From: a virus
Lineage: Duplodnaviria; Caudoviricetes
Strand: one strand, 5' to 3'
Length of the DNA: 56,587 nucleotides
IMG/VR virus record: IMGVR_UViG_3300032092_000034
Location: 1-56,587 of that record
Below the pieces are notes generated by a model. The model was not told the origin of the DNA. It did not search any database and worked only from the letters and a program-made list of their open reading frames with translations. Below, piece by piece: positions 46,901-55,495 of this stretch. The position numbers and the translations under genes were made by a program. Positions within the stretch are counted from its first letter, which is position 1. Every line of letters starts with the position of its first letter.

Positions 46901-47040
46901 ACTGGGGCAGGGGGAGCCTCTGGTTCTTGCATCAAATTAAGATAGTCTGACGCCAGCATTTTTACCGCATCTACTGGCAGGCCATCAGGCCCTTCAAAGT
47001 TATAAACCTTCCCGCCGGAACGTACTTTGTAAGTTGCCAT
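40948..47040 (-). CDS. large polyvalent/internal virion protein with zincin HExxH and LPD38-like C-terminus
   Basis: 2030 aa; LLHEFAH...EFVA; NPAFAPMNFVRD and IPWGFG motifs; last gene of the ejection cluster. Confidence 0.75.
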   Translation of the reverse strand: MATYKVRSGGKVYNFEGPDGLPVDAVKMLASDYLNLMQEPEAPPAPVKKPETGFIPSIKRGAAQTGMLLGDILPAMVGKAVGADEYAAQQMQEAAKTQEEIAKKYPAEIASYTDITGVGDALTYAKEAVGEALPSLIPSLFTGGAASVLGRGAVAAAQSAAEKAVLNQAAKGLVGEELKQAATQAGIQAARQTALKYEAGGALVGSAAQNIPDVYQNIYEATGKQDIGTAIAFGGFNAVLDAALPISLLRKAKLSGIGPEELGAAWYKRAGTGVAKGFVTEGGTEALQEVSSAAAENFVDQNQEFFTPKNFERFINAGLKGGLGGGAITGVADVALGKGPEAEAQKIQTKGLADVEVPTGTDLGPEPELAPTTAQRTVSGFEISPEGTPVAMPAGAPATEVDLLVQDFNKRTEEIKVLEAKKQDGTITQAEQGALSGKRNKQRRVKTQIETLQAAQKGAPDVVPTDTTAGGTSVPVAQQPDTVVPTEGLGEPDGSGVVPPRQDVVQPVAGEGTQQAPVDESLPIDADEEDFSFVHPITGEKIESEAPVEELNKKSVEETTNLGHIEAQAKIDAAKDQPGEMYTATVTIPEYFDEPAYNKNTEYKVVRGEGGWTVIAAKYSDGDEQSYLLPPSRAAALTDEELIKEINDKNELFNSIVTKGKPSGVPETREQEITPEQQEMYEDTREYHNGIEPDARLHLPEFGALSPEEKQVYFEGLATNNQPEHDLAAERLSGYLAETQDIQPEGVPKTKPLPKFVEEQLDKNNATAFLNYLRTSAQDPVHRAIAQALYKLKLDTKVEIVKGLQNNRPAEYDPQTDTVRVTKEGQTETVLLHEFAHAGTIRVLNSFEESTGKLSQKQEDGAVHLDYLMGKTQPLLAQKYPAAYKNVYEFVAYAVTDRAFQKELQRIQIPASASLWGQVKDAWSNFVKAVAQVLGIPDTVGERNALIETFGAFEYVMSAPKGGVQMAPLPTETKKAETYDESNLSDEQLAAQAESEVQLKEHTAKSFLSNLFTKRGGHWAATMFQNERYPIKVAEDRAKLFGLLKRIGPDLNNVYGQITRSAGMAVNLYDEYLRNATEETHAAVEAYAKKSGLTIKEALARLHIILEARHEPERRRVKYIKTVPLENDSKRIKFEGKEYSAEGFREAIMRELAQPSYAVTEDMTQDQINELDQKRKERALDLRAMLDQVVDDKTFHAKQINGKPTAPEMFNQNNAMYNVIANRTPRQIAAILKERVTPETEKEVDAVVESLRKVNQLTQTLNKMANYHSQPASNVIDFYNFQNYVPFKGRPGFRQIDEEFNIDSRRIGGDLQEGQNPFSGRESESENPLLQSLADGASAAMRAGRKDLTLSIKNAVRDKLLIGKVSKDPIKFEDRFLNNVEKKDIGGDNKIFHYNADGTVDIIELNDPKQREAIRRSYRTTQPLIEIANAITSGIGQMHTRYNPAFAPMNFVRDALTNAFTLGAEFGPTKAGQLLTAVAADVAGGGMYKSIKFSNLYANGKFDKLKELAAKDQYYADLLDYIQLGGKVSYLQGLAAKGALDGLIKEVGRSGILQKKDQVDKFIDIYNDMFELSSRAATYRMLKDQFFAENKSSGKFKNDADALADAKSQAVEYAKNLANFEQVGRWGKGAGALFMFFRPAATGAVRAIEALAPAFGFNEANFREEAAAQGRTEEQIDNAVKELKQRQTNARYMSTGLIGTGVAMYYMALMMAEDDDLGRNKVVTDDMARWTRYARFHIPGTDIIIQIPWGFGLGAFASAGAQIASVASGRTSLLDAFGNIVVTGADSFMPLPVSRISPIDNFPAFAMDSVTPSAFRPFFEYVMNLDGLGRQIYNNRQSRFGDAYTGGDNIPEMYKKAARELFDATNGAVDWSPNTMYFFASNYFDGIAKMASSATNVGLTVAGAKEFDPKNDMVFLSSFIGSKSNIDAREFSSIEKQVKKMEQRINSLRDRPEQLEKFMEDNPNAYSAVQFYNMQVNGTLRNIRTMANQVRANKDLTIMERKEQLKQLNDMSSLVKHRLVEAFDTLDVKP

Positions 47041-47043
47041 GTT

Positions 47044-49572
47044 TTAACCCAAATCAATTATGTCATCATCATCGTCTTTTGAAGAGGATACCCCAGTCAT
47101 ACCAAATCCAGTTGTCATTGGTAAATATTTTTTCAGGGCTTGGTTTATCATACGATCATAGTCTTCTGGCTTTACTGGCATTCCGCTCGCTTTTATTTTT
47201 CCGTCAACTTCGCCACGCGCCAGTTTAATAGCTTCCGCTCTGCTTTTTGCTGCATATTGCATACCACGCAAACCAGCAGTGCCAGACCTAGCAGCAATTT
47301 GCTGCCCTAACAACCCTTCTTTTACTTTATTTGCACGAATAGTCTCATCAAGTTGACGTTGCTGCTGTTTGATAGTCTCTTGGGTTTGCTGTAACTGACG
47401 CATATTTGTGGCGTGTTGCATTGCAGTTGCGGAGTCATTCTTACGTGTGGCGATGTTGAATTTACGCATCTCCATTTGCAGCTTCATATCGTTATCATCT
47501 GCGGCAGCAGCAAGTTTTTGGCTTTCAGCAACAGACGCAGCAAGTACTGGACTAGCGGCAGCAAGACTTCCAAGTAGGCCCGCAGTACCCTGACCTTTGC
47601 TTTTCTTACCCTTTTCAGAAGCTTGAGCAGCTACATTAAAACCATATTCAGTAATTGCTTTATTAAAAGCTTGTTCTTTAATTTGTTTAGACTTACCTGA
47701 TTGTTTTTCTATCAAGTCTTGAAGTCCCTTCAAGTCCTCTTTGCTTTCGGCTTGCAGTTTGTCACGAAACTCGTCAAAAGTTTTCATGAATTCGTCTTTA
47801 GGCACGCCCTGTTCTTCAGCCATCTTTGTGATGGCTTTATCCATACTTGGGCTGAGTTTTTTTTGCTTTACAACAGGCTTTTCCTCTTGCGTATCTTTTG
47901 CAATAAAAGCAGGAGTAGACCGTGCGCCAGCACCTTTTGGTTGAGGGCGGTTAGCCATAGTAGGAGCAGGCGCTCTACCTGATTCCCGCATAACTCGGTT
48001 GTATTCAGAATTAGGATCGTTTTTTCTAGCAGTATCCCCAGTCCAATCTTGAATTAATTCAAAAGGTGATTTTGATTTACCAGCTTGTTGTAACGCCGCT
48101 TCAACGCCTAAATCTTCACTAGTTTGTGGCACTAACCCACGGTCAGCAAACGCAACGATGCCGCCATTTGCAGCATACATAATTTCTTCTTGACGCTCTT
48201 GTGGGATTTGGTCAAACGCGTTGCCAAGACCGTGACTTAAAGAAGCTGACTGTGCTTGTATTGCATTTAGTTGTGCGATACGTTCATCAATTGCATTTGC
48301 AGTATCAATATCACGACGAGCAAGCGCGGCTGATTTCATGTCCGTCAAAGCTTGTATGCTGTATGTATCGTCAATCAAATTTTCTTTGTTGTTTTGACTT
48401 GTTACATCGCCGCCATCTGCATAACGAACTACAGACTCACCATCCATAATCTGACCGCCATCGGCGTAGCTCTTCATTAATCCGCCATCTGCCGCCATCA
48501 TTCTGGACAGGCCATACGCACCCATACCCAAGCCAGCAAGCTGACCCATTGTGCTACCGGGGGCTTCATACATAGTGCTTGTAGATTTTTGACCCAAAGG
48601 CATACCACGCACCAAGTCAGACATGAAGCCCAACTGCTTGTATGGGTAGTTCTGTTGGTTCTGGAAGTCCTGATACGCCATGTCCAGCGGACGCTGGGCT
48701 TGTTGTTGCATCTGACCGCCGTAAGCGCTTTGCAACTTGTTGATGTCCATGCCTTGCTGAAACTGCTGACCACCTAACTGACCAAGTTGACCTGCGCTTT
48801 GTAGAGCGGTTTGAAGTCCCTGCATACCAAGACCAGCACCGTATTGGCGAGACTGCTCACCCAATTGTTGTGCTTGCATCCGACGGGCTTGGTCGGCATT
48901 GAATTGTTGTTGAGCCTGTTGGAACGCGGCATTAGAGCCTTGGGCTTGAATATCACCCATCTGCTGACTAAGATTGCGCTCACGCTCTGCTCGCATGATG
49001 GCCTCCCGACCACCGCCAAAAGCACCGGCTTGAGTGGCTTGAGCTTGTTGTTGTGCGCCTTGAATTCCAGATTGCCGGGCAGCTTCACGCTTGCCAATAT
49101 CAATGACGTTCTGTTGATACGGGTTCATGTAGAAGTTGGCTGCGTCCTGACCAAACGTACCGCCAGAGAATTTTCCGCCTTGATAATTAGTACCCAACGC
49201 GCCAATACCTGCGGCGGTGGCTAAGTCTGAACCTGTACCCAATTGCTGAGAAGGCTGCATATTTGCAGCGCCTTGAAACGCCTGTTGCTGCATGGGGGTA
49301 AACCCAGCAATTCGATTGCCGCCATACTGTTGATATGGGTTTTGGTTAATGTCGGTAAGCGCCGCGCCTTTAGCAAGGGTACTCTGTGCGTATGGACGCG
49401 CCCATTCTGGCAGTTCTACCGTCTGTGTAGTTTTATCAGCGGGTGCTGGCGCACTTCCACCACCGCCACCGCCGTCACCAAGGACTAAACCACCAGCCTT
49501 GCGGTAGGTCGCAGAATCACCGAGCGGTTCGCCCAATGCGTATAACTCACGACGAGAGTAGCTGCGTTTCAT
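47044..49572 (-). CDS. internal virion/DNA ejection protein
   Basis: Gln/Gly/Ala-rich; LPEWARPY, AGAFGG; repeated [YA]ADGG/AANGG motifs. Confidence 0.7.
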   Translation of the reverse strand: MKRSYSRRELYALGEPLGDSATYRKAGGLVLGDGGGGGGSAPAPADKTTQTVELPEWARPYAQSTLAKGAALTDINQNPYQQYGGNRIAGFTPMQQQAFQGAANMQPSQQLGTGSDLATAAGIGALGTNYQGGKFSGGTFGQDAANFYMNPYQQNVIDIGKREAARQSGIQGAQQQAQATQAGAFGGGREAIMRAERERNLSQQMGDIQAQGSNAAFQQAQQQFNADQARRMQAQQLGEQSRQYGAGLGMQGLQTALQSAGQLGQLGGQQFQQGMDINKLQSAYGGQMQQQAQRPLDMAYQDFQNQQNYPYKQLGFMSDLVRGMPLGQKSTSTMYEAPGSTMGQLAGLGMGAYGLSRMMAADGGLMKSYADGGQIMDGESVVRYADGGDVTSQNNKENLIDDTYSIQALTDMKSAALARRDIDTANAIDERIAQLNAIQAQSASLSHGLGNAFDQIPQERQEEIMYAANGGIVAFADRGLVPQTSEDLGVEAALQQAGKSKSPFELIQDWTGDTARKNDPNSEYNRVMRESGRAPAPTMANRPQPKGAGARSTPAFIAKDTQEEKPVVKQKKLSPSMDKAITKMAEEQGVPKDEFMKTFDEFRDKLQAESKEDLKGLQDLIEKQSGKSKQIKEQAFNKAITEYGFNVAAQASEKGKKSKGQGTAGLLGSLAAASPVLAASVAESQKLAAAADDNDMKLQMEMRKFNIATRKNDSATAMQHATNMRQLQQTQETIKQQQRQLDETIRANKVKEGLLGQQIAARSGTAGLRGMQYAAKSRAEAIKLARGEVDGKIKASGMPVKPEDYDRMINQALKKYLPMTTGFGMTGVSSSKDDDDDIIDLG

Positions 49573-49976
49573 AATTCAATCCTCATTACTTGGTGGGTGT
49601 TTTCCATACCCATTTTCTTGTACATCTCAACAAGAGAACCTCTTGCCCAACATTGGGCTTTCTTTGCACCGTTGAGCCGCATAAATTCTTTGGCCTCATC
49701 AAACACGTAGTCTCTGACAACCCCTTTGCCACCCATCAAGTTCACATGCCCAACACGTTCCATCGGGTAGTCAATGAACTCAATTGTGCAAGCACCGGTT
49801 ATGCCTTCACCGGGTTCTTCCCATACCAACAAATGCGTCTTGCCTGTGCGAATGCTGTACTCAATGAACTGCTCATTGTGTGACCCCGGCTCCAAGTCCA
49901 TCGCTTTTTTGAGGAGGGGCAGAGCAACAGGCCATACAACTGGAAGGTGGTTAGGGTGAACGTGGTGCAGAGGCAT
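49569..49976 (-). CDS. GNAT-fold-like protein of the ejection cluster
   Basis: 135 aa between ejection genes; pattern resembles acetyltransferase-fold podovirus proteins. Confidence 0.45.
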   Translation of the reverse strand: MPLHHVHPNHLPVVWPVALPLLKKAMDLEPGSHNEQFIEYSIRTGKTHLLVWEEPGEGITGACTIEFIDYPMERVGHVNLMGGKGVVRDYVFDEAKEFMRLNGAKKAQCWARGSLVEMYKKMGMENTHQVMRIEL

Positions 49977-49978
49977 AG

Positions 49979-51637
49979 TTACGCAGGGAGGTATTTCTCA
50001 GAGCGGCTGTTCTTTGCCACTTTACCTTTGCCTACAGTCTTACCGCGAGCCTTTTGGATTCTGTCCATCATTGCGTACAGCTTACGTGCGCCAGCTTCGG
50101 TTGAGCCATTGCCCAACTCAGAAACAATACGTGCAGGTACAACAAATTCACCGTCAGCCAGTCGTGCAGGTTGCTTCTTGCCAATCACCGCAGGGATGGA
50201 GTCGGACACGCCGTCACCGGGGCCACGCAGTAATCTGCCGCCATCAGAGTAACCACCAAGGTTGTAGCCTGCGTCAGAGATACTGCCACCTGCGGCACGA
50301 CCAAAAGGTTGAGGCATACTAATCCCACCGCCACCGCCACCGCCAAGCCCACCAATATTTCCAATAGAGGGCTTATTTTTCTTTTTTTCTGCCGCTGCTT
50401 GCGCTTCTGCAAACTGTGGGTTTGGCATATATCTTTGTGCATTTGCATCAAAAATGAACTCATTATCCGCGTCAGCTACAAAAAGTTGTGGTGGATTTGG
50501 TAACGCAGTCGGTGGCGCGATTGGCATTTGTGCAGGGGCGCTTGTAGTTTGTTTCAAGTAGTCCGCATACTGGGCATTTGCGTCAATTTGGGGCGCTTGA
50601 GGTTGAGCCGCACGTTGGGCCTGCATTTGTTTAAACGCAAGCAATGCTGGTGTTTCAGTAGGGCGATCCGGGTCTGTTGCGACTCCACCATCTGCATACC
50701 CATACGTTGATTTAGCTTGCTCAGGAGTCAGTTTTGAGTACGAAGGCGCAAAGTACTGCTGCTCCCGACCATATGGATCTGACTGTGGAAACGGAGTGGT
50801 AGTTGGGTTCATAGAAAAACCATAGCGCTGCCCCATGTCTGTATCGGCTTTTTCTTCCTCTGGGGCTTTAGGCTTCATCATTTCAGCCGCAGTTGGCGAA
50901 AGAGCAGACCCGACCTTAGTGGCAAGTCCTATAGGATCTTTACCAATAAGATTACTAATCCCACCTTCTTGGCCCAAAGTCCCAAACCCTTTACCCATAG
51001 CGCCAAATCTATCACCTATTGACATATTGGCAAATTGCATTTTTGCTGCTTCGGGGGTTAAAGCTGCGTTTTGAACTGCTTGGAATTGTGCGCCTGAGTT
51101 TGCGCCAGCGCCAGCTAAAGCTTGATGATCCGCAAGCATCTGTGCTGTTGGCCCTTCTATTGGAGCCGCAAGTGCAGCCTGTTTAGCCATTTCTTGTTGT
51201 GCAAGGACTGACTGTTGAGCCATTGCCCCAGTGCCTGCAAGGTCGGCGGCGGCTGGTGCGGCGGCAGCTTGAACCCCTTGCATAGCTATAGATTCGCCCA
51301 ACCCCGCACCACCATAAGCACCAAGACCCGCCATCAAGCCCTTCTCAAGGCTACCAGTCATGGCAAAGCTTAAACCGCCTGTTATTAAACCAGCAGTCAT
51401 TGGATTAATTGCCCCGCCAGAAACCGCCATCAAGCCAGCACCAGCCACCATAGGCAGGATAGACTCAAGGAAGCCAGCTTCGGGTAAACCCGTGTGTGGG
51501 TTGGTGGTCAGTTGACCGCCGTGGGCTTTGGCAATCGCGTTTAAGCTGTTCACTTCCCGAGGGGACATGTGAACCATTGTGGAATCATTACCACGACCAT
51601 GCGAAGACAAGTGTTGGGCTGCGATTTGTAGGCTCAT
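49979..51637 (-). CDS. internal virion/pilot-like protein
   Basis: GRGNDS..VHMSPRE...TNPHTGLPE, Gly/Ala hydrophobic segment, C-terminal GPGDGVSDSIPA...LADGEFVV. Confidence 0.7.
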   Translation of the reverse strand: MSLQIAAQHLSSHGRGNDSTMVHMSPREVNSLNAIAKAHGGQLTTNPHTGLPEAGFLESILPMVAGAGLMAVSGGAINPMTAGLITGGLSFAMTGSLEKGLMAGLGAYGGAGLGESIAMQGVQAAAAPAAADLAGTGAMAQQSVLAQQEMAKQAALAAPIEGPTAQMLADHQALAGAGANSGAQFQAVQNAALTPEAAKMQFANMSIGDRFGAMGKGFGTLGQEGGISNLIGKDPIGLATKVGSALSPTAAEMMKPKAPEEEKADTDMGQRYGFSMNPTTTPFPQSDPYGREQQYFAPSYSKLTPEQAKSTYGYADGGVATDPDRPTETPALLAFKQMQAQRAAQPQAPQIDANAQYADYLKQTTSAPAQMPIAPPTALPNPPQLFVADADNEFIFDANAQRYMPNPQFAEAQAAAEKKKNKPSIGNIGGLGGGGGGGISMPQPFGRAAGGSISDAGYNLGGYSDGGRLLRGPGDGVSDSIPAVIGKKQPARLADGEFVVPARIVSELGNGSTEAGARKLYAMMDRIQKARGKTVGKGKVAKNSRSEKYLPA

Positions 51638-51685
51638 TTTTGCCTCATTTAAACGGGTTTATTGATAGTATCATGGGAATGCTTT

Positions 51686-52009
51686 TTAGCCAACTTTCCA
51701 GTTGGTTCCGTCAGAATAGACTGGAACTGTTACCGCCCCACCAGCCGCCACGGTTGAACCAAAAGTTGGAGTCAGAGCATCAGACACAAACGTCCTTGCG
51801 CCTTGTCTTGAATCTACTGCGCTGGGTAGGTCAGCCACGGCGTACACCGTTGATGCCAATACCGTCTGTTTCAGCACGTTATCCATTTGGTTGAAATACA
51901 ACCGAAAAATATTGTTTAGCTGGTCTTGGTACTGCCGGTCATACTGCTCTGGGGCTAACGGGGTATTTGGTGCAGACGGCGCAATAAAGGCGGTTAAGTT
52001 TATTGCCAT
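51686..52009 (-). CDS. tail-associated protein
   Basis: PLAPEQYD...LYFNQ; VPVYSDGTNW. Confidence 0.6.
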   Translation of the reverse strand: MAINLTAFIAPSAPNTPLAPEQYDRQYQDQLNNIFRLYFNQMDNVLKQTVLASTVYAVADLPSAVDSRQGARTFVSDALTPTFGSTVAAGGAVTVPVYSDGTNWKVG

Positions 52010-54642
52010 TACGAACCCCTGCGTCCGTCGGGCTTGATGTCAATACGAGGCGCACCCAACTGCCACTGTAGGCCAAGCTGAGTGCCGTCAACCCTAAACG
52101 ACATCTGACGACCACGTACCCTGACATAAATATACTGGGTGAACTGTTCGACCGGAACAGTTGCTGTGCGGGTAACAGTGCCGGAACTTACGCCACCTTC
52201 AGACTCGGGCGTGTTGTACCCAGAGCCGGAATTTTGCAACGGCTTAATGGTCATGGTGACTTGTGGGCTGGCGGCAGTAGAGCCACGGAACGTGATGTCT
52301 GGGATTATTCTCCAGATGAACCCAAAGTTATGCCCGTCACCAATGTCAAACTCAGAGGAGACGATGTATGAATCAATAGCCACGGCATTTTCTGTGGTGC
52401 GGTCATCTACGCCATACTCATGGTACACAAGGTTGTTTGAATACGTAGCGCCGATGGGGTATTCGTTGATGCCAGAGTCCAACCAAGCAGTCCTGCCCAA
52501 AGTGCCGTAGTACCAAATGTCTTCTGCGTAGTTGTACACAACATACTTGTCAATCACGGTTGAGGTAGAAGAGCAGTAAAACCACCAAACTTCATTGAAG
52601 CCTTCGCTTGTACCAGCAAAGAACTGTGACTGCTGTTGGAGGTTAATGTCTTGGAAAATGTACTGACGCAGGTCACAGCGCAAAGTTTGAATGCGACCAT
52701 CGTATTTGTAGAACTTGTCTATGCCCATCCAGTAAATAACGCCAGAGGCAATGACCGCCGTGTTAAATCCAGCAATTGAGATGTTGTCACCAAGAAGTTG
52801 TGAACCCCAAACATAGGGTGGGCCAAGGTATTGCAGAGAATACAAAGACGCATCTGTGAACACAACGATCTCTTGCCGCGCCTGCACTGCTGTGCGGATT
52901 TCAGAACCGTGGGACAGTCGGATAAAGCCAGCCTGATTGGTTGCCGCAGGTGTCCACGCAACAACCGACTCTTGGTCTGACCAACGAATCAGCATGGGGT
53001 CAAGCGTACCGCCACCAAAAGGTGTAGCGCCAAACGCAATAGTGAACCGACTTGCGTCCGACACCATGACAAAATCCACGGCTGCTGGCACATCCGATGC
53101 ACCGCCCAAAGAAGTCACTGGGATGGCGCGAGGAGAAACGTAATGCGTACCAGACTGCGTTCCAGATGTGGTTATGTACACCCCAGCCACTGCGTTTGCA
53201 TAGGTGGTTGAAAGTCTAAACGTCGAGCCGGAAGCGCCGCTTACATAGTACACAGTACCTGAAGTCAACCCAGTCGGCAGTGCGCCGGAGGTAAGAAGAA
53301 CAACAGCCATTGTGTCAATTAAGCTGCCATAACTAAGTGTAAACACACCGGGGGTTGCTATGGTTATAGTTACTGGGTTTGGTGAAGACCCAACTGAAGC
53401 GTTCCAGTAGTACATCGGGCCACCACGATAGGCAAAGATCAAGTCCTGCCCAAAGTTAGCCTGTGACCAAATCCTGATAGGGGACACACTCGCAGTGCCA
53501 ATACCCCAAGGCCCTTCACCCCAAGGGCCAGCGCCCCAGCCAGTTAAAGGTTGTGCAACATCTTTACCGACATTGATATCGTAGTACGCATTGACCGGAT
53601 TGCCGCCATTCCCAGTGTCATACACGCCAGCCGCAACAGGGGACTGAATTGTGTAAGAGTTGGTGTTAACAACTGTAATTTGAAAGCTTTGGTTAAGAAC
53701 TTCAGCCGTGATGCCGCTATTGACGTACAGGGAGAACGTGCCTGATCCTGCGGTTGATGTGCTGATTGCTGCGCCGTTTGGCACGTTGGTGAAATTGACG
53801 GTTGTGCCTGACACTACGTTGATGTAGTACTGAGTGTTTTCAGCCAAGCCGCCGGGTAAGGATGAAGAGCCAAGATTGACGGTATATGTCAAGCCAGTCG
53901 GTGTCCCTGCGGTTGTTGTGATAGCTGCGCCGCCAGAAGTAGCCGACAAAGTAAATGTAGTTGACCCGTTGGTCGCAATTATGTAATAAATGGTTGGGTT
54001 GGTATACCCAGTTATTGATCCAGTCCCACCAAAAGTTCCGCTGATAGTCAAAGTCTGACCAATTGCCAAAGTTGAAGATGATGCAGTACAAGTAAATTGA
54101 CCCGCTGTACCGGCAATAGCAACGCCGCTTAAAGTGATGTTGTCACTTTTTGTCAGGAGTACAGGAGTGTTTTGTGCGAGCGCAGTAGTCAGGACAAAGT
54201 TTGTGGCTGTGGAGCGTGTAAACGCCTGTGTGCTTAGAGCTACTGCGCCCAAGAAATTAACAAAGTCGCCATCCGCCGCGCCGTGCGATGCGTCTGTAAC
54301 CGTGATGGTGGTTGAGCCTGCGGTTGCTGCAAAAGGGCCATTTAAACTCATCTGCACCGAACGCAGTGGTGTGATGTCGTCGTAAGCGCCGCCGCTGGAT
54401 ATATAGAACTTCAGGTTTGTGCCAACGCCGATGTAGTTAATGCCAGTTAAGCTGTCCCATGTCCATAATGAGCGGCATGTACCCTCAAAGGTACTAGTAG
54501 AAATCTGTTGCCAGCCGCCAATCTTTTCTGGTGTGCCTTGACGAAAGCGCACTTTGTCGCAGTCGTAGTAACCCCCTTCGGTGGTGTACCTTGTGTTTTC
54601 CCTGTTTATACCGGGCTTGAAGAGGATCTTTTGTAATGGCAT
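52009..54642 (-). CDS. tail nozzle/DNA stabilization protein (P22 gp10-like) with inserted beta domains
   Basis: KPGINRE, VRFRQGTPEKIGGW, IRWSDQE, EVWWFY, C-terminal DIKPDGRR. Confidence 0.75.
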   Translation of the reverse strand: MPLQKILFKPGINRENTRYTTEGGYYDCDKVRFRQGTPEKIGGWQQISTSTFEGTCRSLWTWDSLTGINYIGVGTNLKFYISSGGAYDDITPLRSVQMSLNGPFAATAGSTTITVTDASHGAADGDFVNFLGAVALSTQAFTRSTATNFVLTTALAQNTPVLLTKSDNITLSGVAIAGTAGQFTCTASSSTLAIGQTLTISGTFGGTGSITGYTNPTIYYIIATNGSTTFTLSATSGGAAITTTAGTPTGLTYTVNLGSSSLPGGLAENTQYYINVVSGTTVNFTNVPNGAAISTSTAGSGTFSLYVNSGITAEVLNQSFQITVVNTNSYTIQSPVAAGVYDTGNGGNPVNAYYDINVGKDVAQPLTGWGAGPWGEGPWGIGTASVSPIRIWSQANFGQDLIFAYRGGPMYYWNASVGSSPNPVTITIATPGVFTLSYGSLIDTMAVVLLTSGALPTGLTSGTVYYVSGASGSTFRLSTTYANAVAGVYITTSGTQSGTHYVSPRAIPVTSLGGASDVPAAVDFVMVSDASRFTIAFGATPFGGGTLDPMLIRWSDQESVVAWTPAATNQAGFIRLSHGSEIRTAVQARQEIVVFTDASLYSLQYLGPPYVWGSQLLGDNISIAGFNTAVIASGVIYWMGIDKFYKYDGRIQTLRCDLRQYIFQDINLQQQSQFFAGTSEGFNEVWWFYCSSTSTVIDKYVVYNYAEDIWYYGTLGRTAWLDSGINEYPIGATYSNNLVYHEYGVDDRTTENAVAIDSYIVSSEFDIGDGHNFGFIWRIIPDITFRGSTAASPQVTMTIKPLQNSGSGYNTPESEGGVSSGTVTRTATVPVEQFTQYIYVRVRGRQMSFRVDGTQLGLQWQLGAPRIDIKPDGRRGS

Positions 54643-54644
54643 GG

Positions 54645-54986
54645 TTAACCTACATTGCGCTCAAAATGAGGGCAATCAACAAGGGACTTGAAGTTGCCGC
54701 CCCAGCGGTTCTTTGGATGCAAGGTCTCCCAATACGCACCCAGAGGCGCGAGGATTGTTTTATCCCAAATAATCTTTCCATCCTTGAAAAAATTCAAATC
54801 TATGGCGCACCGCTTTAGATGGATGGAGTTCATTGTCTTGGATCGACCCGTCTTGAAGTAAATGGCTTGCTGCTCGGGTGTACGGGCAAGTTCCCCGCCG
54901 GTCACCACAAACCCTTGGTCTGTAGCATATTGGATTAGCTTGCACATGTCCAGCAAGAATGCGGCTTGTTCAGTGTTTAAACTCAT
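54645..54986 (-). CDS. endolysin, peptidase M15 family
   Basis: RTPEQQ, SIHLKRCAID, WGGNF...DCPHFE. Confidence 0.9.
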   Translation of the reverse strand: MSLNTEQAAFLLDMCKLIQYATDQGFVVTGGELARTPEQQAIYFKTGRSKTMNSIHLKRCAIDLNFFKDGKIIWDKTILAPLGAYWETLHPKNRWGGNFKSLVDCPHFERNVG

Positions 54987-55495
54987 TTTTTGACTTTCAT
55001 ATCAGCCAGCTTTTCTATGGTTCTGCCACCAAAGTAAGCCCCCATAATAAGCATCCCCCAGTTTCCCAGCAGGGTGACATAGGACTCGTTGGCGTTGTAC
55101 CCGTAGGCTGACATCATGGCAAACAGAAAGTACCCCAAGAAAATGGCAATAAGACTCATGGGGCGGATGTTCTTGGATAGCCAAGAATCGCTGTTCATAT
55201 CCGATTTCCAGCGGTCTGTGACGTTGTTGTCCTCATTCTTGGCGGCATCGGCAAACATTTGCAATTCAGCCAATTCCATCTTGGCCTTCTCAATACCCAG
55301 TTCAAGCAGGCGTTCTTCGTGTTCATACTGAAGCTGGCGCAGGTTGCTTACATCTTCTGCGGTTGGATTGTCAGGGATCTTCACGCCAAGCGTTTTCTCA
55401 ACCACCTCTTTGCCTTTGGCTTGGATGGCAGAAGACAGTAACCCCAAGCCGTTTTCGGCTAGGCTACCTAGGAGGGACGCTACTATTGGAATCAT
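54983..55495 (-). CDS. holin (3TM holin-like)
   Basis: Start MIPIVASLL at 55495; DSWLSKNIRP, two TM segments, AYFGGRTIEK; adjacent to endolysin. Confidence 0.75.
   Translation of the reverse strand: MIPIVASLLGSLAENGLGLLSSAIQAKGKEVVEKTLGVKIPDNPTAEDVSNLRQLQYEHEERLLELGIEKAKMELAELQMFADAAKNEDNNVTDRWKSDMNSDSWLSKNIRPMSLIAIFLGYFLFAMMSAYGYNANESYVTLLGNWGMLIMGAYFGGRTIEKLADMKVKK

Noticed and set aside
40948-54642. Numerous plus-strand ORFs opposite the large structural genes (and minus-strand ORFs opposite replication genes)
   Set aside because: Antisense shadows without RBS or recognisable motifs
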